Shown piece by piece: positions 20,421 to 29,561 of a stretch of DNA of 64,000 nt. Under the pieces are notes generated by a model. That model was not told where the DNA came from. It was given only the letters and a program-made list of their open reading frames with translations, and ran no database searches. Origin of the DNA: an uncultured Verrucomicrobiae bacterium. GTDB lineage: Bacteria; Verrucomicrobiota; Verrucomicrobiia; Chthoniobacterales; JAFAMB01. Each line of letters starts with the position of its first letter. Within the stretch, counting starts at the first letter, position 1. The position numbers and the translations under genes were made by a program. The DNA lies in NCBI GenBank assembly GCA_963762565.1, contig CAVXLD010000003.1, positions 608,001-672,000 of the forward strand. The letters are read 5' to 3'.

Positions 20421-21950
20421 TCAGTCGTATCCCCCCGTGATAGACCAGGAGCCGGCTGATAACGTCAATCGATAGAGTCCACCTTGCGCCAGCTCGATAT
20501 CCCATTCCTGGATCTCCCAACGATTGGTATCCCACCAATCACCGGAGGAATGCCAGGGACCAGACAGGTTATTGATTTTGCCGTTTACTGATGGGCTTTG
20601 GATCCTGACTGGTCGCCCTGAGATAAGTTCGACCATAGCCGGGATCGGCGGACGATAACGACGCAAAGCAGGGCCGACTCTTGGCGGTTTAATCTTGGTA
20701 GAAGTTTTATCCATCCAATCGAATGCTGGCAATTGCATACGGACGCTATCCGGTCGATGAGTAGCGATCTTTTCTGGGATTCCCACTCGATTATTGCCAA
20801 CTAAAGCGGCTAATCGCGCGAGCGTGTTAAAGAAGCGGTTAGGATCTTTTAGCCCGCTCTGAAATAGATCGAATTGATGTTTCCCAGGGTTACTAGCGAA
20901 TACTTCTAAGACAAATCCTACTACCGGTGCAGTGGTTTGCACGGTCTCTAAATATTGGGTCAGAACCCGGAATAGGACCGTTATGTCGCGAGTGGGTGCT
21001 GGTATTTGCAGAGAACGTTCCAGGGTATCTCCATTATCCAATAACAGTTGTAACCTGATCTCTGCTACTAGCCGGTAAACCGCCTCCACTCGTAAAGTGA
21101 GATGCTCCAAAGAACGTCTCAGAATGAAAAGCAGTGGTTCCAGCGTCTCCAGCCGCTGATCCAGATCGATCGCTTCCCTAAAAGTTTCCGGAGGATGCAT
21201 ATGATGGAGCACCTTGGTGGAACGACCCGTTGCTCGATCCCAAAGCGCTAACCCCTCCAGACCTAGACGCACCCCAATATCTTCTCTAGGTAAGCGTACT
21301 AGCTCGCCTAAGGTCCCGATTCCCCAGTTATGTAAAATATCTAAAAGCTCATGAGAGGGCTCAAGTGATTCCAGGGGAAGAGACCGAAGTAATTGGCTAT
21401 CGGCGTTAACTGCTAAATAAGGGTTAGCGAATTTGGCGGCTTGCTCCGTCAGTTCCGGGTTAGGGCCAATTCCGATTTGCGCGGTAAAACCTAGAATTCT
21501 CCAGTTAGCCAAAAGTTCGCGAGCCCACCATTCATGATGCTGATCTTTACGGCCGCGTAAATCGAGCGTGCAGACACCGGGAGCAGTATTTTCGATAAAA
21601 GGTGAATATCGATAGCAAAGTTGCAGTAACGCTTCTTGTTGCTGGTTTTCTTGTTCAATAGCCGGGGCATAAAGTTGCAACTCGGGTGCTCTGGCTAGAG
21701 CTAAGCTGGGAGTAATCCCAATGCTCACCCCAGCCGCATCAGCTATCGGATTGATTTCGATAATCTGCGAATCATTGAGTAAAGCGGACGGGATTTTATC
21801 CCCCGACTTTGGAATTGTCGCCTGCTCGCCAAATAAAGAGAGATTGGTTTGTCGATTGGATTCGATTTCGGCGTTAAGCAGCCTTTGTTGGGCGCATTGC
21901 AGCCGAAAATAAGGAGTATGCACAACAGCAAACAATTTAGGCTTGGGCAT
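20421..21950 (-). CDS. imuB: Y-family polymerase-like ImuB
   Basis: Y-family fold, QFDLF clamp-type motif, C-terminal GPW..SGDWW...GLYRL...GGYD; start uncertain (21950 or 21935). Confidence 0.88.
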   Translation of the reverse strand: MPKPKLFAVVHTPYFRLQCAQQRLLNAEIESNRQTNLSLFGEQATIPKSGDKIPSALLNDSQIIEINPIADAAGVSIGITPSLALARAPELQLYAPAIEQENQQQEALLQLCYRYSPFIENTAPGVCTLDLRGRKDQHHEWWARELLANWRILGFTAQIGIGPNPELTEQAAKFANPYLAVNADSQLLRSLPLESLEPSHELLDILHNWGIGTLGELVRLPREDIGVRLGLEGLALWDRATGRSTKVLHHMHPPETFREAIDLDQRLETLEPLLFILRRSLEHLTLRVEAVYRLVAEIRLQLLLDNGDTLERSLQIPAPTRDITVLFRVLTQYLETVQTTAPVVGFVLEVFASNPGKHQFDLFQSGLKDPNRFFNTLARLAALVGNNRVGIPEKIATHRPDSVRMQLPAFDWMDKTSTKIKPPRVGPALRRYRPPIPAMVELISGRPVRIQSPSVNGKINNLSGPWHSSGDWWDTNRWEIQEWDIELAQGGLYRLTLSAGSWSITGGYD

Positions 21951-22581
21951 ATTGAGGCTCCAGGTGATGGTTTTTTCGGTAAATGAAATCAATTAGCCGG
22001 CTCTGTGAGATCGTGGACGATAGTTCAGCGAAATCAGCGATTTGGAGAGGGTTATTGATCTGCAATGCGGCTATTGAGCTGCCGGAGATGTAGTAGCTAG
22101 TGACGAGCAACAGCGTTGTGCCGATCTCGGCTGTAACCCGTTGTAACCGGTACCAAGCAGTGGCCGGTACTTTCCTTAACTCGCGTGCCTCGTTCTGTTT
22201 TAAATCCAGGATACTAAGAACGATGTTGCCATCTCGGATGATTAAATCAGCGGCTCGAATTGCCTGAGAAACATTTTTGCATCGTATCCATAGCAAAAGA
22301 TTCGTTGCGTCGAGTGGCTCAAAACTGTTTTTGCCGTCGATTAAAGCCACAAACTGGGAAGAGGCTTGCATGGATTCGATGAGATCATGCAAGAGAGCTG
22401 CACTTCCACAGCTGGGGAGGGGAGCGACTAATTGAGTGATCGCCCCCCGTCGCAGGCCTCCATCTAAAGGCCGATCCAAGCAATCAATCCCGGTAGATAA
22501 GAGGGAAGAAGGAGGGGGCAATTCCCTGGGGTAGCGTTCATCCAGGATCTGTCGAAGTTCAATAATCTTACCGGACGGCAT
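21937..22581 (-). CDS. imuA: ImuA-like (RecA-related) protein
   Basis: STGIDCLDRPLDGGLRRGAITQL RecA-like N-terminus with degenerate Walker A; first gene of the mutasome cassette. Confidence 0.82.
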   Translation of the reverse strand: MPSGKIIELRQILDERYPRELPPPSSLLSTGIDCLDRPLDGGLRRGAITQLVAPLPSCGSAALLHDLIESMQASSQFVALIDGKNSFEPLDATNLLLWIRCKNVSQAIRAADLIIRDGNIVLSILDLKQNEARELRKVPATAWYRLQRVTAEIGTTLLLVTSYYISGSSIAALQINNPLQIADFAELSSTISQSRLIDFIYRKNHHLEPQYAQA

Positions 22582-22600
22582 AGTGTTCTACTGAACACTA
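22581..22600. promoter_or_regulatory. LexA (SOS) box, Verrucomicrobia type TGTTC-N4-GAACA
   Basis: TAGTGTTC-tact-GAACACTA palindrome abutting the imuA ATG. Confidence 0.88.
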
Positions 22601-22635
22601 TAGAGTGTAGATCGATTTGCAACCCAGAAATGGGG

Positions 22636-23131
22636 GGGAGGCGGAAGGTGATTAGTGATTGGTGATTGGTGGGGGCGGGAGAGGTGAAAGATGATTGGTG
22701 GGAGCTGTGCACTATTTGGTGGGGCAAGGCTCCCGAAAGGTTGAATGTAACCCAACGCTCGGAGGGGAGCCGCTTTGGCATTTAGCAGGCGACCTCGCTA
22801 TATTTGGTTCAGAGCTCTTCTGGCCAATGAATGTCGCAACAGGCGGCTCCCGGGAATAACCCAGCGAGACGCATGTACCCAGCGCCTCCGATCTGATTGC
22901 ACCCGGACTGCAGAGCTGCGAACCGATGGGTAGTTCCCGGGAGCCGCCTGTTTTCGCACCTCTCGGCCGGACTAATGATGAAACGAAAGTTGCGAGGGTG
23001 GCGAGAGACACGCCAAAGCGGCTCCCCTCCGGGCGCCGGGCTACGAGATCTTTCGGGAGCTTCGCCCCACAAAGAGGGCGACAGCCCACCAATCACCAAT
23101 CACCAATCACTAATCACCCCTCACGCCTCCC
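22636..23131. repeat. Three-layer nested element: GTGATTG heptamer arms > Family B outer arms > Family A copy 3 (22751-23040)
   Basis: A core GGAG-GGGAGCCGC[69]GCGGCTCCC[87]GGGAGCCGC[70]GCGGCTCCC-CTCC; B arms 22716-22738/23051-23072; heptamer arms 22647-22700/23087-23118. Confidence 0.9.
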
Positions 23132-24140
23132 GCGGCCCTGCAGCCTTCGCTATGAAATCGTACGGATAGGGCGGCTCAAGCGCGCTCGCGTCGTCTAGAT
23201 ACCTCACGTACTCCTCGGAGAGAATCCATCCGCTCGAACCAAGATTGGCTTCTAATTGAGGCATTGATCGGGCGCCGATGATTGGGGCGGTGACACCGGG
23301 CTTCCGAAGCAACCAATTGATTGCTACTTGGGCCGCGGTCTTCCCGCTCTTACTGGCGACGGCATGCAAAGCGTCCAGCACGGTCCACGTATGTTCGTTG
23401 TTGTAGGCGCTCCACTTTTCCCCCCAATCCTTTTCCTCAGCCAGTTTAACTCGTGAATCGTCTGGTGGCGCGGTCATACCACGCTGGAACTTGCCGGAAA
23501 GCCAGCCGCCACGCAGTGGGCTCCAAGGGATCACACCTAAACCTTCTCGAACTGAGATGGGGATGAGTTCCCATTCCGTACTACGACACAGCAAATTGTA
23601 TTGTGGTTGCAGGCATACGAACCTTTCCCAGCCTTTTTCACGGCTGAGATCGATCGCGCGCTGCAGCTGCCAGCCGTTAAAATTGCTCACTCCAAGATAG
23701 CGTACGGCACCATGGCGTAAGAGATCGTTCAGGGTAGAAAGTGTTTCCTCCAAAGGAGTCGCCGGATCCCAACAGTGGACCTGATAAAGGTCAATGTAGT
23801 CTGTTTGTAACCGTTGCAGACTCGCGTCGACCGAGCTCAGAATATGTTTCCGGCTCAAACCAAGGTCGTTGGGGCCGGGTCCCATCGGAAAACGGACTTT
23901 AGTGGCAATAACGAGATCATCACGTCTCCGGCGGCGTAACCATCTCCCGACGATTTCCTCAGAGAGGCCGGTCGAATAAACGTTGGCGGTATCAATAAAA
24001 TTGCCACCGACAGCGACAAATCGATCCAACATCGCATGACTCTCTTCTTCCGTAGCCTCGTTCTGACGCCCGAAAGTCATTGCGCCCAAGCAGAGCTCGC
24101 TGACGCGCAATCCTGTATGACCTAAGAAACGATACTCCAT
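23121..24140 (-). CDS. Aldo/keto reductase
   Basis: [44 protein letters not shown]. Confidence 0.94.
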   Translation of the reverse strand: MEYRFLGHTGLRVSELCLGAMTFGRQNEATEEESHAMLDRFVAVGGNFIDTANVYSTGLSEEIVGRWLRRRRRDDLVIATKVRFPMGPGPNDLGLSRKHILSSVDASLQRLQTDYIDLYQVHCWDPATPLEETLSTLNDLLRHGAVRYLGVSNFNGWQLQRAIDLSREKGWERFVCLQPQYNLLCRSTEWELIPISVREGLGVIPWSPLRGGWLSGKFQRGMTAPPDDSRVKLAEEKDWGEKWSAYNNEHTWTVLDALHAVASKSGKTAAQVAINWLLRKPGVTAPIIGARSMPQLEANLGSSGWILSEEYVRYLDDASALEPPYPYDFIAKAAGPREA

Positions 24141-24190
24141 TACCGAAACATGCTCAAAGGAAGCTTGGTGGCAAACGGGCGGAGGAGGAC

Positions 24191-24234
24191 CGGTAGGGCG
24201 AAAATCTCGGCGCGCCGAGGTTTTCGCCCTACCG
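24191..24234. repeat. Family C 44-bp near-perfect palindrome
   Basis: CGGTAGGGCGAAAATCTCGGCGCGCCGAGGTTTTCGCCCTACCG. Confidence 0.9.
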
Positions 24235-24242
24235 AATTTCCC

Positions 24243-24273
24243 AAAAAACCGCGCGCCTTTGGTGGCGCGCGGT
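24243..24273 (-). terminator. Probable rho-independent terminator of the Spy/CpxP gene
   Basis: accgcgcgcc/ggcgcgcggt stem followed by a T-run on the minus strand, about 35 nt after the stop. Confidence 0.7.
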
Positions 24274-24306
24274 CTGGCTTTGGCCCAACCAACTAGAGAA
24301 GCTTTA

Positions 24307-24807
24307 TCAACTACCAGTCTGGCTCATACGGTCAATATGGGCCTGAATCCTTGCATCTCGTTTCTGTTGCAGCGTGGTCAGCGTCTGCTTTTGCTCAGTG
24401 GTCAAAATCGACTGCAGAAACACATCGAATTTTGCGCGCTGAGCTAACATTTCGGTCTGGGCGCTGGCTACATTCGCTGAAAGCGAGCGAATGGTCGCAT
24501 CGTCGCTTGGATTCTTCTCGAGGGCAGAATCAACGGCTTGCTTCGCCTTCATCATATTCAGCAGGTTGGTTTTGAAGGCCTGCTTATTGTCGGAGAAGTA
24601 TTGTTTGACCTGTTGTTTCTGGGCATCTGTGAGATTCAATTGTTTCAAAAAGAACCCGAATTCACGATGATGACCCCATCCATGAGGTTTACCGGTCTCT
24701 GCCGAGGCGGACCCTGACGCTGACGCCGAGGCGCTCGGGTCTTGCGCATTAAGCGTGGCAAAACCCGCGAGCGCGGCGACGCAGATAATTAAAGGTTTGC
24801 ATTGCAT
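24307..24807 (-). CDS. Spy/CpxP family periplasmic chaperone (LTXXQ motif)
   Basis: signal peptide; [10 protein letters not shown] and ILTTEQKQ motifs. Confidence 0.85.
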   Translation of the reverse strand: MQCKPLIICVAALAGFATLNAQDPSASASASGSASAETGKPHGWGHHREFGFFLKQLNLTDAQKQQVKQYFSDNKQAFKTNLLNMMKAKQAVDSALEKNPSDDATIRSLSANVASAQTEMLAQRAKFDVFLQSILTTEQKQTLTTLQQKRDARIQAHIDRMSQTGS

Positions 24808-24878
24808 ACGGAGAGAATGACGCAAATAAAACGAGCTGAGTACCCTCGTTTGATAAGCGGTCATCGGTCGGGACGATC

Positions 24879-24950
24879 GGTGAGCGGTGGTTTATGAGAG
24901 GTGAATTGTCAGAGGTAAAAAGTGATTGGTGAGAGGTGATTGGTGACTGG
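24879..24950. repeat. One-sided GGTGA(nn) heptamer array, about 10 units
   Basis: ggtgagc ggtggtt tatgaga ggtgaat tgtcaga ggtaaaa agtgatt ggtgaga ggtgatt ggtgact. Confidence 0.75.
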
Positions 24951-24959
24951 GAGGCCACG

Positions 24960-25291
24960 AGTCGCCCTGGGTTGGTATGCCCGATTTTTCGGTTGGACTC
25001 GCGGTGAAGTGATCGACTTGGGACCGCGCCAGGGTTCACATCAGATGTTCGCGTGGGATGAATCTGGAAAGATCGGCGGAAGCATGACGGACTCGGCTCG
25101 GCTGCCCGGTATCCACGCGCAATGGCTATTTTTCTTCCCGGTTTCAGAAATCGAAATGTCTCTAGCCAGAGTTCGCGCCCTTGGCGGCAGCACATTGGAG
25201 CCAATGCAAACCGCGCGCCGTGATTGGGTTGCGGTGCAATGATCCGCAAGGTGCTGCTTTCGCGATTTACCAGTTCAGCCCCGGCGATTAG
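24960..25291 (+). pseudogene. VOC/glyoxalase family gene remnant (C-terminal half, frameshifted)
   Basis: WYARFFGW...WLFFFPV..IE.SLARVRALGG, then NDPQGAAFAIYQ in another frame; no N-terminal half or native start. Confidence 0.7.
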
Positions 25292-25347
25292 GCCCCTGCT
25301 TGCTTAATGGCTGAGTTGAACGACTTTTTTGCGTTTAATTTACCCGT

Positions 25348-26388
25348 ATGCAAACGATGAAAGCGCTCGTAAAGAAAGAGCGCGCACCCGGTCTTTGGCT
25401 GGACGAGGTCCCGGTCCCTCAGGTTGGCGAATTCGATGTTCTTATCCGAGTTCTCCGTGCATCTATCTGCGGCACCGACGTTCACATTTTTGAATGGGAT
25501 AACTGGGCTCAAAAGACGATTCCTACTCCGATGGTGATCGGGCACGAATTTGTCGGAGTAATTCAAAACGTAGGCAGCCACGTGCATGATTTCCACCCGG
25601 GAATGATCGTCACGGGTGAAGGCCATGTCGTTTGCGGTCGCTGCCGAAATTGTTTAGCTGGTCGCAGGCACCTATGCAATAACACCAGCGGCATCGGCGT
25701 TAACCGGCCGGGTGCGTTTGCCGAACTCGTGGTGGTACCGCAGACTAACGTCTGGGCAGCCGATCCGAATATCCCGCTTGAGGTGCTGTCCTGTTTTGAC
25801 CCATTGGGGAACGCGGTTCATACCGCTTTGTCGTTTGATGTCTTGGGTGAGGATGTGTTGATCACGGGAGCCGGTCCGATCGGTTTGATGGCGATCGCGA
25901 TCGCCAAACATGCGGGGGCGCGTCATGTTGTGATCACGGATATCAACCCTTATCGGCTTAAGCTGGCCGAACAGCTTGGGGTCACGGTGGCATGCGATCC
26001 GCGAGCGACCACCCTCCAACAGGTAATGAAGAGCCTGGGTATGAAGGAGGGATTCGACGTCGGTTTGGAGATGTCCGGCAATGGAGCGGCTTTAAATGAC
26101 ATGCTCGAGGTTATGTGTCACGGCGGCAAGCTCGCCCTCCTAGGCATCCAATCCAAAGAGACCGCAATTGATTGGGATATCGTGGTTTTTAACGGGCTAA
26201 CCATCAAAGGCATCTATGGTCGGGAAATGTATGAGACCTGGTACAAAATGACCTCACTGATTCAGTCGGGTCTTGATATTACGCCAGTCATCACTCACCG
26301 GTTTCCGTACCTGGAATTTCAAGACGCGTTTGCCTTAATGAAGTCGGGCCAATCCGGGAAAGTGGTATTGCACTGGTCGGATCTGTAG
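25348..26388 (+). CDS. tdh: L-threonine 3-dehydrogenase
   Basis: [35 protein letters not shown]. Confidence 0.96.
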   Translation: MQTMKALVKKERAPGLWLDEVPVPQVGEFDVLIRVLRASICGTDVHIFEWDNWAQKTIPTPMVIGHEFVGVIQNVGSHVHDFHPGMIVTGEGHVVCGRCRNCLAGRRHLCNNTSGIGVNRPGAFAELVVVPQTNVWAADPNIPLEVLSCFDPLGNAVHTALSFDVLGEDVLITGAGPIGLMAIAIAKHAGARHVVITDINPYRLKLAEQLGVTVACDPRATTLQQVMKSLGMKEGFDVGLEMSGNGAALNDMLEVMCHGGKLALLGIQSKETAIDWDIVVFNGLTIKGIYGREMYETWYKMTSLIQSGLDITPVITHRFPYLEFQDAFALMKSGQSGKVVLHWSDL

Positions 26389-26397
26389 GGCTTTTTC

Positions 26398-26794
26398 CGT
26401 CGTCGTCCTTGTCCTCGAAAAGGTTGCCAGGCCGGTAGGGTGTTTGTTCCCAGCGCCTGGAGGGGAGCCGCTTTGGCGCGTATCCGGCCAGCCTCGCGAT
26501 ATTTTCCTTAGCGTTAGCCCGATCTGAACGTGTGAAAAACAGGCGGCTCCCGGGAACGATCCAACGGTTTGCAGCGTAATCAGCCAGGTCGATACGAATG
26601 GGGGGGCCAACAGGGGTAAATGCACCATGCTGGGTTATTCCCGGGAGCCGCCTGTTGAATACATTCTTTGGTGAGATTGCGCGCTAAAGCAAATATCGCG
26701 AGGTCGTGAGATGACGCCCCAAAGCGGCTCCCCTCCAGGCGGTGGGAAAAAGCACGCCATCATCCTAGCAACCTTTTCGAGAACGAGAACGAAG
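26398..26794. repeat. Hexamer-arm IR enclosing Family A copy 4 (26449-26746, reverse orientation)
   Basis: gtcctcgaaaaggttgccagg / cctagcaaccttttcgagaac arms; A core loops 71, 91, 72 nt. Confidence 0.88.
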
Positions 26795-26848
26795 CGTCGG
26801 CAACCAGCCGACTGTACTCCCTCCATCATTTGCGATAGATTCCGGGCA

Positions 26849-27352
26849 ATGCGGCTGTTAGCTCTTGATCCGGCATTGAGAAGCTCCGGGTTCGCGATCC
26901 TCGAAAAGCAGGAGCAAAAAATCCGTTCTTTGGCGTATGGGGTTATCCAGATCAGGGCGGATGTGCCGATGGCGCAATGCCTGGTGGAGATTCACCGGCA
27001 GGTCTCGGAATTAATTGATCGACATCAACCGGAGGTCTGCGCGGTGGAAAGCGTGATCTTCGTTCAAAATTCCAGGACCGCGGTTACTCTGGGCGCCGCT
27101 CGAGGTTCCGCATTATTAGCTGCAGCCCAGCGCGGCCTGAATATTTTTGAATATCCCCCGAAACGGGTTAAACAAGCAATCGTGGGAACAGGGGCTGCAC
27201 AAAAGAGCCAAGTGGGCTTCATGGTGCGAGCATTACTCGGTTTGACCGAAAACCCTCAATCAGACGCAGCCGACGCCCTGGCCATCGGGTTGACCCATTT
27301 GCAGATGCAGGATTCGCCGCTGTGTTCGTTACAAGGTGCGCGAAGATTATGA
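26849..27352 (+). CDS. ruvC: Holliday junction resolvase RuvC
   Basis: LLALDP, AVESVIF, VKQAIVGTGAAQKSQV, DAADALAI; the ORF-track N-terminal extension is repeat-derived. Confidence 0.93.
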   Translation: MRLLALDPALRSSGFAILEKQEQKIRSLAYGVIQIRADVPMAQCLVEIHRQVSELIDRHQPEVCAVESVIFVQNSRTAVTLGAARGSALLAAAQRGLNIFEYPPKRVKQAIVGTGAAQKSQVGFMVRALLGLTENPQSDAADALAIGLTHLQMQDSPLCSLQGARRL

Positions 27353-27999
27353 AAGTAGTTTGGTTAGGGCGTATCGAGTTTTCTGAAGGAGTAAAGGTGC
27401 AGGAAGAGGCCCTTGAACACTGCGATCGGACCGGCGAAGAAACACTCTTTTTACTCGAACACGAGCCGGTCTACACGATTGGCCGGCGGCTAGACAAGTC
27501 GAGTCTGGGGAATAGCGCCTATCTGCCACACCCGGTTTTCGAGATTAACCGCGGTGGGCAGGCGACCTATCATGGACCGGGTCAGCTTGTTGGGTACCCA
27601 ATTCTCGATCTCAAGAGGCGCGGGAAAGATCTGCATGTCTATTTGCGTTCCCTCGAAACCGCCGTAATTCGGTTAGTGGAAAGCTTTGGGATCGATGCGG
27701 TTTTCTGTGAAGGAAAGACAGGTGTTTGGGTCGAGAATCGCAAAATCGCCTCTATTGGGATCGGTGTTCGTCGCTGGATCACCATGCATGGCTTCGCCTT
27801 GAATGTGTCGTCCGATCTGAACGGATTCCTATCGATCACCCCGTGCGGCTTAACCGGCGTCCGCATGACGTCGCTGAGCTTGGAGCTTGGGCGAGAGGCC
27901 TCGTTAGAGGAGGTGCGGGATCGGGCTGCCGTGGTTCTGCCGGCCGAGTTTGAGGAAACGGCGGTGGGGGCGGGGAAAGGTGATGTGAGTGATTGGTGA
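27349..27999 (+). CDS. lipB: Lipoyl(octanoyl) transferase
   Basis: LEHEPVYTIG, RGGQATYHGPGQLVGYP, KIASIG, HGFALNV, PCG. Confidence 0.95.
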   Translation: MKVVWLGRIEFSEGVKVQEEALEHCDRTGEETLFLLEHEPVYTIGRRLDKSSLGNSAYLPHPVFEINRGGQATYHGPGQLVGYPILDLKRRGKDLHVYLRSLETAVIRLVESFGIDAVFCEGKTGVWVENRKIASIGIGVRRWITMHGFALNVSSDLNGFLSITPCGLTGVRMTSLSLELGREASLEEVRDRAAVVLPAEFEETAVGAGKGDVSDW

Positions 28000-28247
28000 T
28001 TGGTAGGCTGTCGCCTCTTATCGTGGAGCGAGGCTCGCGAAAGGTTCAACGTAACCCAACGCTCGGAGGGGAGCCGCTTTGGCGTTTAGCAGGCGACCTC
28101 GCGATATTTGGTTCAGAGCTCTTCTGGCCAATGAATGTCGCAACAGGCGGCTCCCCTCCGGGCGTCGGGGTACCAGATCATTCCGAAGCCTGACCCCAAC
28201 AATAGGGCCGCGGCCCTACCAATCACCAATTACTAATCACCAATCAC
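27963..28247. repeat. Nested element, sibling of 22636-23131, with an internally deleted Family A copy 5 (28055-28170)
   Basis: GTGATTG arms, degenerate B arms; loop 1 differs from copy 3 at only 2 of 69 nt. Confidence 0.88.
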
Positions 28248-28255
28248 GATTCCCG

Positions 28256-29512
28256 CTATGCCTGCCTCAGCTGCCGAATATTCCCGAGCCAGGTGGTACC
28301 CACCGAAAGGAGGATCACGGCGCAGAATGCAGTGGCAGCGAGCGTGTCTTGGACGTCGAAGTCGGATTCGAGGCAGAACAGGCCAAGCAGGCCAAGCAGA
28401 TAGACCAGGCTACCGCAGATCATGAACAGGATGCGCCCAAATCGGGACGGGTTAGTGAAGACGAGAGACATCGGGAAAGCGCTACCGAGCAACGTGACTC
28501 CTAAGAGAAGAGCGACATCATGATGGCACAACCCGACGGCAAACATGGGTAGGCCCAAAAGGACGCCACCTCCAACGACGCACGCCTCCCATTTCTCGGA
28601 TGGTCTTAGAGCTCGCCTGGCAAAATTGTCGAACAGGAGAAACAGGTTGCCGACGCTCCGAGCGACCCATATCCAAAGGCCGAACAGTACATACAACAAG
28701 ATCAACCCCCAGCCGATCGGCGCGTAAACACCCATGAACAAGCCGGCGACCAATCTCGAAAGCAACAACAGCCCTAGTATGAACGGCCAGCGCAAATAGC
28801 GCCGTAGGCGTTCAAGGTTCAAGGTGTAATAGAGATAGATCCGATATAGCGGAGAACGCGCACGAAACGCAGTTAGCAGCCCGTCTCGGGCGTACTCCGC
28901 TTCAGGGTTCAATCTGAGCGCCTCGAAAAAGTGTTTTTCCGCGTCACGAGCTTTACCGCGTTGGAGCGCAGACCATCCTGCTGCAACATGGGTGCGTTCG
29001 TTCTCGGGGTTCCGAGCTAGGAGTGCTCTTATCTGTTGCTCGTTTTCAATGCGCTTCCCTTGTAAACGGAGCGCATGAGAAAGCTGATTACCGGCTGGCT
29101 CATACTCGGGATCGATCGACAAAGCCTGGCGAGCTGAAGATTCAGCTTCAGCGGTTCTTCCTAGGGCCAGCAGCGCGGCGCCTTCCGCAGCGTAGGGTTG
29201 AGGAATTCCGGGATCGAGCCGGCGGGCCTCCCGAGCAGCGCTCAGTGCCTCCTTTGGCCGGTGCAGCAAAATCAGTATCGAAGAGCGTTGGCAATGAATT
29301 AGAGGATCGTTTGGGCGCAGGCGCATCGCTTCGTCGACGGCTCGTTCGGCTTCTCGATAGGTCTCGGGCCGTTTCGTCAGGCAGCAGGCCAGTAGGAAAA
29401 ACGCGCGGGCATTCTGGGGGTCATGTTCGATGGCGTCTCGTAGAAATGGCTCCGCCTCGGACATCCTTCCTTGCTCAATCAGCACCATTGCACGTTGGAG
29501 GGCCGTATTCAT
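28256..29512 (-). CDS. TPR-repeat protein with C-terminal transmembrane region
   Basis: about 6 TPRs (A...P spacing), then several hydrophobic helices. Confidence 0.82.
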   Translation of the reverse strand: MNTALQRAMVLIEQGRMSEAEPFLRDAIEHDPQNARAFFLLACCLTKRPETYREAERAVDEAMRLRPNDPLIHCQRSSILILLHRPKEALSAAREARRLDPGIPQPYAAEGAALLALGRTAEAESSARQALSIDPEYEPAGNQLSHALRLQGKRIENEQQIRALLARNPENERTHVAAGWSALQRGKARDAEKHFFEALRLNPEAEYARDGLLTAFRARSPLYRIYLYYTLNLERLRRYLRWPFILGLLLLSRLVAGLFMGVYAPIGWGLILLYVLFGLWIWVARSVGNLFLLFDNFARRALRPSEKWEACVVGGGVLLGLPMFAVGLCHHDVALLLGVTLLGSAFPMSLVFTNPSRFGRILFMICGSLVYLLGLLGLFCLESDFDVQDTLAATAFCAVILLSVGTTWLGNIRQLRQA

Positions 29513-29561
29513 TTTGCTGAGTTAAAAAAAAAGACGTTAGACGCTCTTGATCGGATTCAGC

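Noticed and set aside
22464..23198. Short ORFs over repeat elements sharing peptides such as GGEPLW, GSREP, QSGSPP (also 12642-13272, 14292-15011, 26335-26829, 54524-55460)
   Set aside because: They are translations of palindromic DNA in several frames, with no conserved frame, start or stop between copies
25348..26388. tdh without an adjacent kbl
   Set aside because: kbl is often unlinked and may be elsewhere in the genome
26711..26848. N-terminal extensions of RuvC, LacI, Fba, HAD, the 3-hydroxyacyl-CoA dehydrogenase and GNAT in the ORF track
   Set aside because: The extensions run through repeat DNA; downstream ATGs match the expected family N-termini
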